A DNA stretch of 32,000 bases from an uncultured archaeon (GTDB lineage: Archaea; Asgardarchaeota; Thorarchaeia; Thorarchaeales; Thorarchaeaceae). The notes beneath the pieces are model-generated. The model was not told the DNA's origin and searched no databases. It saw only the letters and a list, made by a program, of their open reading frames with translations. The position numbers and the translations under genes were made by a program. The stretch covers positions 60,001 to 92,000 of the forward strand of contig CAZYLT010000001.1 in assembly GCA_964648855.1 (NCBI GenBank), written 5' to 3'. This document shows, piece by piece, positions 1 through 8,946 of the stretch; the stretch's first letter is position 1; the number at the start of each line of letters is the position of its first letter.

Positions 1-833
1 TCCATGTCACACATGATGACTCAATGTCTAAACGTGACACGGGCTGGATTCAGTTCTATGTATCGAGTGTTGATGAACTCTACCATACTCTGATTCAAGC
101 ATTCAAACTTGCAGAGGATGAGAGGGTTCTGATGCCCGTCATGGTGAATGCAGATGGGTTCGTACTGAGTCATACAGTTCAACCCTATGACTATCTAGAG
201 CCAGAAGAAGTGGACAAGTTCTTGCCACCCTATACACCACCCCATTGGGTGATGGACCCCGGCAATCCGATATCGCATGGTAACATCGTCTTCCCCGAGT
301 ATTACCAAGAATTCCGATATGGAATGCATGAGGGTAACAAGAATGCGCTTGAAGTCTATGCAGAGATTGAGAAGGAATACAAAGATTTGTTTGGGAAGTA
401 CTTTGGCGGTCCGATCGATTGCCACATGTGCGACGATGCAGATGTAGTATTTACTTCGCAAGGTTCTGTGGCTGCAGAAGCGATTGACGCAGTTGATGAG
501 TTGCGAGAGGAAGGATACAAGGTTGGAAATGCCCGGATGCGTATGATTCGGCCGTTCCCAGTACAACATGTCCGAGAGCTCGCAGGAAAAGTGAAAGGAA
601 TCGCAGCTTTTGACAGAGGAGTATCATATGGCAATGGAGGACATGTAGCTAATGACATGCGTGCATCCCTATATGGTACCGAACATCGACCAATTATTAA
701 GGACTATATTGGTGGGCTTGGAGGACGGGATGTCACTGTTGATGATATCAAGCAGATACTATTGGATACCATGAAAGCTGTGGAGAACAACGAAATTGAG
801 CCAGAGGAGATCTGGCACGACTTGAGGGAATGA
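1..833 (+). CDS. porA: Pyruvate/2-oxoacid:ferredoxin oxidoreductase alpha subunit (5'-partial; frame open to the window edge)
   Basis: The frame is open from nt 3 (HVTHDDSMSKRDTGWIQ, matching the family DHxDSMxxRDTGWIQ motif). Other motifs: LPVMVNxDGFxLSH-like (LMPVMVNADGFVLSH), RPFP and GLGGRDVT. The stop overlaps the beta subunit start (ATGA). Confidence 0.93.
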   Translation, partial: HVTHDDSMSKRDTGWIQFYVSSVDELYHTLIQAFKLAEDERVLMPVMVNADGFVLSHTVQPYDYLEPEEVDKFLPPYTPPHWVMDPGNPISHGNIVFPEYYQEFRYGMHEGNKNALEVYAEIEKEYKDLFGKYFGGPIDCHMCDDADVVFTSQGSVAAEAIDAVDELREEGYKVGNARMRMIRPFPVQHVRELAGKVKGIAAFDRGVSYGNGGHVANDMRASLYGTEHRPIIKDYIGGLGGRDVTVDDIKQILLDTMKAVENNEIEPEEIWHDLRE

Positions 834-1741
834 AAATGGTTGCAACTAGAGATATGCCACTGAAAGAATATGTGCTGAAAGGGAATGCTGCATGTGCGGG
901 CTGCCAAGATATGGTAGCCCTCCGTCATGCTCACAAAGCGTTTGAAGGCAATGTTATCCAAGTCGTTCCTGCATGCTGCACAAGTGTAGTGCAGTCACTA
1001 TGGCCGAAGAGCGGCCTGGCAATCCCAGTGCTCAACACTGCATTTGCAGCTTCAGGAGCAACAGCTTCTGGAGTTCGAGCAGCTCTGAAAGCGAAGGGTA
1101 AGGAAAACACCCAAGTTATGGTCTGGGCCGGGGACGGGGGAACTTTTGATATCGGCATACAGGCCTTAAGTGGAGCATTCGAGCGTCGAACAGACTTCCT
1201 TTACGTGTGTTACAACAACCAAGTCTATAGTAACACTGGCACACAGCGGTCAGGTGCAACTCCCCTCTATGCCAAGACAACCACAACATGGTATGGAAAA
1301 ACGGAACCAGAGAAAATGCTGGACATGATTGTTGCCGCCCATGAGCCTGCGTATCAAGCAACTGCAAATACTGCTTATCCCAGAGACCTCTATGAGAAGT
1401 TCATGCGAGCCAAGGAAATCAAGGGACCAAAATTTATCCACATTTTCATTCCTTGTCCACAAGCATGGAATTATCCCGTTGAAAAGGGAGTTGAAATTGG
1501 CAAGCTAGCAGTTGAAACTGGATACTGGATCCAATGGGAACGGATAGGCGAAGATTTCGAACTGAATCGCCATAGTAAGAGGTATCAAGACCCCGAAAAG
1601 AGAAAGCCGATAGAAGAATTTCTGAGACTCCAAGGCCGTTTCTCGCACCTCTTCAAACCAGAGAAGGATGAAGAGAAAATCCAGGATTTCCAGAACTACG
1701 TACAGCATCGTTGGGATGTTCTGCTCAGAACATTCACATAG
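830..1741 (+). CDS. porB: Pyruvate/2-oxoacid:ferredoxin oxidoreductase beta subunit (TPP-binding)
   Basis: ACAGC, the TPP motif GDGGTFDIGIQALSG...YNNQVYSNTGTQRSGATP, and PCP. Translationally coupled to the alpha subunit. Confidence 0.95.
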   Translation: MKMVATRDMPLKEYVLKGNAACAGCQDMVALRHAHKAFEGNVIQVVPACCTSVVQSLWPKSGLAIPVLNTAFAASGATASGVRAALKAKGKENTQVMVWAGDGGTFDIGIQALSGAFERRTDFLYVCYNNQVYSNTGTQRSGATPLYAKTTTTWYGKTEPEKMLDMIVAAHEPAYQATANTAYPRDLYEKFMRAKEIKGPKFIHIFIPCPQAWNYPVEKGVEIGKLAVETGYWIQWERIGEDFELNRHSKRYQDPEKRKPIEEFLRLQGRFSHLFKPEKDEEKIQDFQNYVQHRWDVLLRTFT

Positions 1742-1750
1742 AGCCCAGTT

Positions 1751-1820
1751 GAAGTACTAGTCTTGCAGCTCAGGAGCTCCGATCATCATTCGGGCTCCAC
1801 GCTGCAATTCACTTCTTTTT
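1751..1820. terminator. Long imperfect hairpin plus T-tract between convergent genes
   Basis: Nested arms GAAGT/ACTTC, TTGCAGC(1763-1769)/GCTGCAA(1801-1807) and GGAGC(T)CCGA/TCGGGCTCC, followed by TTTTT. Confidence 0.6.
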
Positions 1821-1834
1821 CTAGTTATCCGAAA

Positions 1835-3919
1835 CTACTGGTTCTTAGATAGTCTTCTTCCAAACCAGATAGTCGACAGAACAATTGGAATCGCTACGAA
1901 GATGAGCACTATTGGGAGCGTCGTATAGGGTAATCTTGGATCTCCGCCATTCATAAATTCTTCAATATTCGATGACCCATCGCCATCTGGGTCTTCTGCT
2001 GCATCATCCACTGTCGGGTCAAGAGAGTAAAGGACCTCCCAGTTGTCTGGCATTCCATCTTGATCAGAATCCGGGCTAAACGGATCTGTTCCAGCCATGA
2101 ATTCTCTGACGTTGGTCAAACCATCATTATCATAGTCCAATTGCGCATCATCCATTGTTGGATCAAGGTTATTCATAATCTCCCAGAGATCCGGTATCGT
2201 ATCAACGTCAGAGTCAATATTGTGAGGATATGTGCGGTTTCCATATTCGTAGATATTGATGAGACCATCTCCATCCGGGTCCAGGTACGCATCATCAATC
2301 AAAGGGTTTGTGCAATTGACAACTTCCCACCCATCGGGCATGCCATCTGAGTCTGTGTCAGACTTTTGTGGAGCGGTGCCATTTCCATATTCGTCTATAT
2401 TCGAAAGAGAGTCGCCATCAGAGTCACGCTGTGCATCTGGTGATGTAGGATCCAAACCCTGCTCATATTCCCATAGGTCGGGCATACCATCCATATCCGT
2501 GTCTGCGCTATTGCTAGACGTGCCAATTATGATTTCTAGAGCATCACTCAATCCATCGCTATCTCGGTCAGTATTGAATAGCTCATTAGCCAGCCAGAAT
2601 TGAGTGCTATCTTTTATTCCATCATTATCCAAATCCTCGTCATACATCGCTTTCAGGTTAAAACGGACATCAGAAGATTCGTTGCCATAAATAACTAACT
2701 CATAGAGTCCAATCAAATTCAAAGAAATGTTCGCAATCAATTCATCCTCGGCGATTTCTTGACTATTGGAGAATGTGTAGATTTCTTCTTTGCCGGGGGT
2801 ATACAGCTTCATCTTCAGGCCCACGCCAGACCAGCCGCCATTCAAAACCAATCGAGTCGTGGTTGAAATTGGGAGATAATAGGAGAGGTGAGTAGATGGA
2901 CGCACATATCCGTTGTATTGCAGAGTATGCAGTTTCTCATGGGCTCTAGACATTGTATACGCCATACTGGCGCCAATAGAAGCTACTGCATCTCGCGCTA
3001 CTGTATAATTGTAGAGTGGATTGTCCCATGCATCCTCTGAACTGTGGTAGGCACTGTCGGAGTCGAATCCAGATTCAAAGGCAAATAGAACATTCTCATA
3101 GCCCTCACTGAGAAAGGAGGCATGATCAGAACGACTCCATCCACTGAATTGGTCGTTCATAAGAGGCCGTACAAGATTCATACCGAAGTTCTTGCTCATG
3201 GCCCGGGATAGTTGAGCAAACTTCATGGTGTGGTGGTTATGGACCATCAACACTCTCTCATCTACTGGAGCATTCTCATCTTCTACTAGGAGCATGTCAA
3301 TGTTCCAATATGTTAGAATATCAATGCCTCGAGAATCAAAAATACTAGCCACCTCTGCACTCCCTAACAAGCCAATTTCTTCTGAATTCCAGGCGCAGAA
3401 GTATATGTCCAAGGGCCACTCATATTTTGACATGACACGAGCTAATTCAAGAGCTGCGGCAACACCTGTTCCATCATCGTTTGCACCCGGTGCGCCAGGT
3501 ACAGAATCATAATGCCCACCAAGCATGAGAACCGGAGCTCCATCAGGAAGGTATCCCGGTAATCTGCCAACCACTGATTTATGACTGCCGAGAATCTCCA
3601 CATTGATTCGCCCATTCGAGAGAACCTGCAACTGCTTAGAGATCCAGTTTCTAGCGTGTATGTTTGTCGAACTGAAGTGAGGTGGATTTCCGTGAGAGGT
3701 AGACCGAGAGCCATTCTCAGTCAGCTTCTGGATAAAGCCCAAGTATCTTGCTTGTGAGACCCCCTGAAAGATGGAACGAGAGAGGTCTTCGCCATAGATG
3801 CGAAGGGGGTTGACAGAGTCATCTTGAGGATCAACCGGAATAGTGAAACCCGATGTACAGATAACGGAAATGAAAAGAATAATAGTTATGATTATACAGA
3901 TGGATTTCTTTCTGGGCAT
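1835..3919 (-). CDS. Secreted, membrane-anchored M28 family metallo-aminopeptidase with TSP3-like Ca-binding repeats
   Basis: N-terminal signal/TM segment. Intact M28 motifs GGHYDS, GANDDGTG, SEEIGLLGS, NIDM, SDHASF and YHS. About 10 DxDxDG repeats, then a C-terminal TM with basic tail. Confidence 0.9.
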   Translation of the reverse strand: MPRKKSICIIITIILFISVICTSGFTIPVDPQDDSVNPLRIYGEDLSRSIFQGVSQARYLGFIQKLTENGSRSTSHGNPPHFSSTNIHARNWISKQLQVLSNGRINVEILGSHKSVVGRLPGYLPDGAPVLMLGGHYDSVPGAPGANDDGTGVAAALELARVMSKYEWPLDIYFCAWNSEEIGLLGSAEVASIFDSRGIDILTYWNIDMLLVEDENAPVDERVLMVHNHHTMKFAQLSRAMSKNFGMNLVRPLMNDQFSGWSRSDHASFLSEGYENVLFAFESGFDSDSAYHSSEDAWDNPLYNYTVARDAVASIGASMAYTMSRAHEKLHTLQYNGYVRPSTHLSYYLPISTTTRLVLNGGWSGVGLKMKLYTPGKEEIYTFSNSQEIAEDELIANISLNLIGLYELVIYGNESSDVRFNLKAMYDEDLDNDGIKDSTQFWLANELFNTDRDSDGLSDALEIIIGTSSNSADTDMDGMPDLWEYEQGLDPTSPDAQRDSDGDSLSNIDEYGNGTAPQKSDTDSDGMPDGWEVVNCTNPLIDDAYLDPDGDGLINIYEYGNRTYPHNIDSDVDTIPDLWEIMNNLDPTMDDAQLDYDNDGLTNVREFMAGTDPFSPDSDQDGMPDNWEVLYSLDPTVDDAAEDPDGDGSSNIEEFMNGGDPRLPYTTLPIVLIFVAIPIVLSTIWFGRRLSKNQ
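1928..2503 (-). repeat. Four tandem 48-aa (144-bp) units of paired DxDxDG (TSP3-like) motifs within the peptidase
   Basis: Each unit is a 26-aa DxDxDGMPDxWE...DA half plus a 22-aa DxDGDGLxNxxE...P half, covering aa 473-664. Confidence 0.85.
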
Positions 3920-4021
3920 AGGGCTCCTTTTTCTTGAAAATACATCAAGGTTTTGATTAACGCCACTAATTTTTTCAATGGTTAACAGTAAAAAGGAAGA
4001 ACTACGTATAGAAGGTTACCG

Positions 4022-5287
4022 ATGGCACTCAAAGACTTACCCATAGCGCTTGAAATGAAGGATCCAATTCACGGCTATATATCAGTTACAGAAATAGAAC
4101 GTGACATAATTGACCTTAGACTCACTCAGAGGTTGAGGTATATTCGGTCTCCAGCGGGTGTCAATTATGTATTCCCGGGAGCAGATACCTCTCTCATGGG
4201 ACGGCTCCTCGGTGTATCCTTTGTCACTGAGATATTCCTAGAGAATCTGGGTGCCAATTTGGAGGAGGTCATAGAATCCCGCCTAGCAGCGATTATTCTC
4301 ATGCTGTCCTATGGCCCGTACCCTAATGTAATGGAAGAATATTTCACTGTAAGAGGCATAAATCGAAAGAACATCGCCAAACTGATAATCAAAAAATCAC
4401 CTGTAACAGACCTCATCGAGGATAGCAGTTTGTCTGTTAATGAAGCAACAGATATGATTGAAAAGGGTGTGAATGTCAAAGGGTTAAGACTCGACTTGGT
4501 CACTACGCCCATCAATCCAGAACTCGTAGATAATCTTGAGCGGGACTCCTATTTCGCGGGCGTTGAATATGCTCAACTTGAGTTTCGTAAGCTATTCAGT
4601 TCTACGCGTATTGCCAAGAATAGAATGGCCTTTGACCGCTCTGCGGTATTTACTCTTGATTCCTATCTCTCTGCCGCAGCTAATATGTTTGACGCAGTCT
4701 ATTATCACAAAACAGTACGGGCGGCTGAGCTCATGCTACTTAGAATTCTGGATGAGGTAGGATCGAACATTATGCCGTCACCAGACGAGAATCTAGATGA
4801 TTTTCTGCTTACTGACGACATCACTTTCCATGACACTCTATTATCGGTTAGTCAAGGCGACACGGAAGAGATGAGACTTGCGAAATCGCTCTTCGAAGAT
4901 TATAGAAAGAGATACCTCATAAAAACAGTCACATCAAGAGGCATAGCCAATGAGCAATTCTTGCAAAAGCTGTCAACATCCGATGGGCTTTACTCGGTGG
5001 AGCAGGAAATTGCAGAAGAGGCAGATATTGACCCCAGTAACGTTTGGGTAGATTATCCCGACAGGCTCTCAGTCAGCTATTTTCCTGGTAAGCATCCTAT
5101 GGACCAGCTTGCCCTGTATGAGAGAGGTTCACGAGGCTATGAGTTTTGGAGAGTTGAAGAGATAAGCGGAATTGCTAGAAGCTTTGGAAGGAAACTGAAG
5201 ACGGTACGTGTGTATACAACCCGAGGCTACCGGTCAAAAGTACGAAAACCTGCAGAGAAGTTCCTAGAGAGCATTGATTCTGTCTAA
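4022..5287 (+). CDS. HD-domain dNTP triphosphohydrolase (SAMHD1/YdhJ-like) homolog with degenerate active site
   Basis: DPIHGYI, QRLRYI, VFPGA, RDSYFAGV and VYYHKTVRAAELML match the family scaffold, but the catalytic His/HD residues are absent. Confidence 0.8.
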   Translation: MALKDLPIALEMKDPIHGYISVTEIERDIIDLRLTQRLRYIRSPAGVNYVFPGADTSLMGRLLGVSFVTEIFLENLGANLEEVIESRLAAIILMLSYGPYPNVMEEYFTVRGINRKNIAKLIIKKSPVTDLIEDSSLSVNEATDMIEKGVNVKGLRLDLVTTPINPELVDNLERDSYFAGVEYAQLEFRKLFSSTRIAKNRMAFDRSAVFTLDSYLSAAANMFDAVYYHKTVRAAELMLLRILDEVGSNIMPSPDENLDDFLLTDDITFHDTLLSVSQGDTEEMRLAKSLFEDYRKRYLIKTVTSRGIANEQFLQKLSTSDGLYSVEQEIAEEADIDPSNVWVDYPDRLSVSYFPGKHPMDQLALYERGSRGYEFWRVEEISGIARSFGRKLKTVRVYTTRGYRSKVRKPAEKFLESIDSV

Positions 5288-5356
5288 TCACGGATTTTGG
5301 CAAGATATACACATAATGTATAATATAGCCGAACTGGTAGGCAGCATGGTGTTACA

Positions 5357-5845
5357 ATGACTGAACAACAAGACAAGAGCCCTGTTGCCGATATAATGAA
5401 AGATCCTAATATTGGTCTAATTGGAACCGGTGCGTTAGTTTGGATATTGAGCTTTTATGTACCGTTTATCGGACCACTTCTTTCAACTGTTGGGTTCGCT
5501 CTCGTGTGCTTGGCATCGGCAGTTACAGCTTTGAAACGCCCAATTGACAAGGCCATGCTCGGATTGATTATGGGAGCCGTTATACAAATTGTGGGGGGCT
5601 ATCTAACTGGAGTATTCCTCATTGGTTGGATTCTTTCACCGATTCTGACAGTAGTGGGCGGAGTCATGATTATTTTCTTCGCAATACCCCTCGCAGTGCA
5701 AACTGGAAAAATTCCCTTTGTCGAAGAATTCCAAGAGGCCATCCAGAAACAGGCCAAAGAAGGCGAAGAAAAAACGGATGAGCAGAGGGATATAGCAGAC
5801 GAAGAAACACAAGAGCAGGAAGAAGAGTCTAACGAAGGATACTAG
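5357..5845 (+). CDS. Hypothetical membrane protein (about 4 TM) with acidic C-terminal tail
   Basis: Two similar hydrophobic helical hairpins and a Glu-rich tail. Upstream AT-rich TATAATATA and GGT-type SD. Confidence 0.75.
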   Translation: MTEQQDKSPVADIMKDPNIGLIGTGALVWILSFYVPFIGPLLSTVGFALVCLASAVTALKRPIDKAMLGLIMGAVIQIVGGYLTGVFLIGWILSPILTVVGGVMIIFFAIPLAVQTGKIPFVEEFQEAIQKQAKEGEEKTDEQRDIADEETQEQEEESNEGY

Positions 5846-5871
5846 TCGTTGACAAGCGGATGTAAATAGTC

Positions 5872-5912
5872 GAGAGGTGTCGTATCGCCTCTCAATATTC
5901 TTCTCTTTTTTT
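5872..5912 (+). terminator. Hairpin plus pyrimidine/T tract downstream of the membrane protein gene
   Basis: GAGAGGTG(5872-5879)/CGCCTCTC(5886-5893) followed by TTCTTCTCTTTTTTT. Confidence 0.6.
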
Positions 5913-5993
5913 GATATATGTAGAACTAATCTTCTTAAGCACTCGTTGAAGGACAATCATGATAATCACGAATGATGTCCAGAGGTTCATGAT

Positions 5994-8270
5994 GTGTTCT
6001 CCTGTAGTAAGTGTAGTCAACCGACCTATATCAAAAATGCTGACCTAGAGGACCATATCCTCCGTATGGAGGTACAGTGCTTGAATGGACACAAGAGCAT
6101 TAGGAGAATGGCCGAGCGCCAAGCAGAAGAAATGCTCGGAGAGATTTTCGATAAACTGTTTGTATGCACTGAATGCGGCTCTTTTATGACTCAGGTAGAT
6201 ACAGGAGTGGATGACGAACGAGCCGAAAGCTCGTTTCTGTGTCCAATACATGGTATTGACCGACGGGAATTCCCTGCAAAGTTTCTTGCATCCATTTCAT
6301 TACTAAGCGCGGACGTAGACACCTCTCAATCAATAATAGATTCATTCAGATGCCCCGAATGCGGGCAGGTATATGTAATTAGAGAAATCGAAAAAAGAGA
6401 GGGTATTCTCGAACTCGATGTCGGTTGCTCTAACGGACACCGCTCAACAAGGTATATCTCTGAAGGTGTTGAGAAAAAACTACTCACGAAGGTATTACAG
6501 CGGCTCCTGCATTGCGACAGATGCGGACTCCCAGGAACAATTGTGGAGCTGGAAGAACGGCGAAAATCCATCCGAGCCCATGTATCTTGTCCAACACATG
6601 GAGTATCTAAGAAAGACATTCCGAAAGACTTGGTCGAAGCAGTCAGGGTAGCAGGGAATGAAATTCCTGAAGACGCCGTCGTAAGAGCCATGCTGAATTC
6701 GACTCGATGCCAAATACCTTTGGCAATCCGGGAGATTGAACATGATAAATCAGGCTACAAATTCAAGTGCGCATGCCCCGGGCAAGGGGATGTCGCTGAT
6801 ATGGTGCAGCCTGTCGAATGGAACGACTCAAATTCAGCACTTGTTACGGAAGCTTTGCTGACATGTAATGAATGCGGGTTGTTCACGCAAATCCTAGATG
6901 TCAATGAAAAGAGAGATGATGTCGAGTTTAGGGTTGTATGCCCAGTTCACGGCGTATTGGAGCGAAAGGTTCCCAAAGAGGTCTTTTCAATTGTCTTGGA
7001 TGAAGAGCAATCCATCGATAGAGTACCCTCAATTGTTAGAAGCTTGACTTGTCTTGCCTGTAATAACCCACTTCATTTGAGGGATGTTCAAGAAAAACAT
7101 GGACTCATTGAATTTGATATGGATGATAAGAAAGGGCATAGAACACAGAGATTTTTCACGCCTGACTTGAACCAAAATGCACTCGTAAGCATTTACAGGA
7201 ATCTCTATCGGTGCCCTGAGTGTTATGAGCAGCTTGACTTAGTCTATTTGGACCAGCAAGATAAGAAGACAAGGGTTGTACGATTATGCCCGTTACACGG
7301 GAAATTTGTTCTGGATGTTCCACATAACCATGCTGAAGCTATGAAACTGGCTCACGAAGAGATAGAATTGGACAAATTGACTCCTCCAGAACAAGCTCCA
7401 ACCATCGATGAAGAGAAGGAAATAGAGCCGGAAATAGAGGTCACCAGTCCACGAGGGAAGAAAGTCAAAGTCCTACGTGGCTGTGAAATAGTTGGGGGTA
7501 AGTTCGATTACAAAGTGAAAGTTCAGAATGACTCTGACTACGTCATTACAAATGTGACCGTAAGCATTGTCGCATACCCTGAGGATTGCATGGAACTGGG
7601 TGGCGAAAATGTCAAGACAATTTCAAGGATTGAGGTCGGGGGTTTTCGGAGCCCGCAATTCACATTCTACCCCACCAAAGACTGTGTTCAGGGTAAGGTC
7701 GTGGCTACTGTTTCCTATATTGATTTCAGAGATAGATTGCACACCCTTCAAGTTGAGCCATATCTTATTCGTTCTGTGTGTGATATGTTAAAGCCTACAG
7801 TAGCAAGCAGTAAGGAATTCGACCTCGTCTTAAATGGCCTCACAAAGACAGACCAAGAACAATTGCTTGAATGGAATGCCCGAGTGTTGTTCACGAAAGC
7901 GGAGAAACTCCTTCCCACAAAGAATTTCCACATTGTTGACTGTGAGGAGCAGCTTGTCGGCAATCAGTTCATTGGTACGATTAGAGGATATGCAAAGGGC
8001 AAGTACACAGAAAAAAGGGTGGCGGTTGTCATGCTCATTTCCGGACCAGAAATGGGCAGACATGCAACTGTTAAGCTTGAGGCGTTGGGAGACGATATTG
8101 CAATGCTGCCCACCACAATCGACGAGCTCGCTGAAACCATGGATTCTTGGATCTGTCTCAGATGTGGTGCACCTCTTGAAGCGGAGGAAGTCAAGCAGCT
8201 TGGCAAGAGACTGCCAATAAGATGTCGATATTGTTCACATACATTGACAATGGGTCTCTATTTGATGTAG
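5994..8270 (+). CDS. Multi-Zn-ribbon repeat protein with Ig-like plus platform (adaptin/coatomer appendage-like) C-terminal domain and terminal Zn ribbon
   Basis: GTG start with GAGGT SD upstream. Eight CxxC-x21-C(P)xHG/CxxGH units, a beta-rich domain from KKVKVLRG, and terminal CLRC...CRYC. Confidence 0.75.
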   Translation: MFSCSKCSQPTYIKNADLEDHILRMEVQCLNGHKSIRRMAERQAEEMLGEIFDKLFVCTECGSFMTQVDTGVDDERAESSFLCPIHGIDRREFPAKFLASISLLSADVDTSQSIIDSFRCPECGQVYVIREIEKREGILELDVGCSNGHRSTRYISEGVEKKLLTKVLQRLLHCDRCGLPGTIVELEERRKSIRAHVSCPTHGVSKKDIPKDLVEAVRVAGNEIPEDAVVRAMLNSTRCQIPLAIREIEHDKSGYKFKCACPGQGDVADMVQPVEWNDSNSALVTEALLTCNECGLFTQILDVNEKRDDVEFRVVCPVHGVLERKVPKEVFSIVLDEEQSIDRVPSIVRSLTCLACNNPLHLRDVQEKHGLIEFDMDDKKGHRTQRFFTPDLNQNALVSIYRNLYRCPECYEQLDLVYLDQQDKKTRVVRLCPLHGKFVLDVPHNHAEAMKLAHEEIELDKLTPPEQAPTIDEEKEIEPEIEVTSPRGKKVKVLRGCEIVGGKFDYKVKVQNDSDYVITNVTVSIVAYPEDCMELGGENVKTISRIEVGGFRSPQFTFYPTKDCVQGKVVATVSYIDFRDRLHTLQVEPYLIRSVCDMLKPTVASSKEFDLVLNGLTKTDQEQLLEWNARVLFTKAEKLLPTKNFHIVDCEEQLVGNQFIGTIRGYAKGKYTEKRVAVVMLISGPEMGRHATVKLEALGDDIAMLPTTIDELAETMDSWICLRCGAPLEAEEVKQLGKRLPIRCRYCSHTLTMGLYLM

Positions 8271-8299
8271 TAGGTAACTCAGCACCTACAGTTTTCCTG

Positions 8300-8863
8300 C
8301 TAAATGTCGCCATCCCACTCAATGGTCGTTTCTCTGTTGATTCCAAGATGAGTGAGAATTCTATCCACTAATGAATCCACCAATTCCTCAATCGAAGAAG
8401 GCTTGCTCCAAAAGGCGGGACTTGCCGGAAATAGAGTAGCACCAGCCTCAACCACTTTTTCCATATTGCGGATGTGTATCAGATTAAGTGGGGCTTCTCG
8501 TGTCACCAAAACCAATGGTCGGTTCTCTTTAAGTGAACAGTCAGCGGCTCGTGAGATCAGATTGTCTGCAAATCCGTTTGCGATACTTGCCAGTGTTTTC
8601 ATGGAACACGGGGCGATGAGCATCCCGTCTAGATGGAAACTGCCACTGGCGGGCTGGGCAGCTAGGTTCGCCTCGTCGTATACTTGATGCACCCTCTTTA
8701 CGAGATTATCCACTGAAACGCCGGTTTCAAGTTCGAGAGTTTTCTTCCCCCACTTGCTTATGACAAGATGAACCTCTGTGTTGGCCTTGTTCAGAGCCTC
8801 AATCGATCGCTCACCATATATTGCACCACTAGCACCGGTGATACACACCAAAACTCGTTTCAT
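8300..8863 (-). CDS. ubiX: Flavin prenyltransferase UbiX
   Basis: ITGASGAIYG, ASGS, APCSMKTLASIANGFADNLISRAAD, LKENRPLVLVTREAPL and PAFW. ATG at 8863 is preferred over GTG at 8875. Confidence 0.95.
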   Translation of the reverse strand: MKRVLVCITGASGAIYGERSIEALNKANTEVHLVISKWGKKTLELETGVSVDNLVKRVHQVYDEANLAAQPASGSFHLDGMLIAPCSMKTLASIANGFADNLISRAADCSLKENRPLVLVTREAPLNLIHIRNMEKVVEAGATLFPASPAFWSKPSSIEELVDSLVDRILTHLGINRETTIEWDGDI

Positions 8864-8946
8864 AACAAATACCACAGTCCCGTTAGCAGTCTATTAGATT
8901 TATCGAACCAATATACTCTTTCCGGGTCGATATTTCTCATTCTAAA

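Noticed and set aside
4022-5287. Pseudogene call for the HD homolog
   Set aside because: The ORF is full length and uninterrupted with structural motifs conserved. The loss is confined to catalytic positions.
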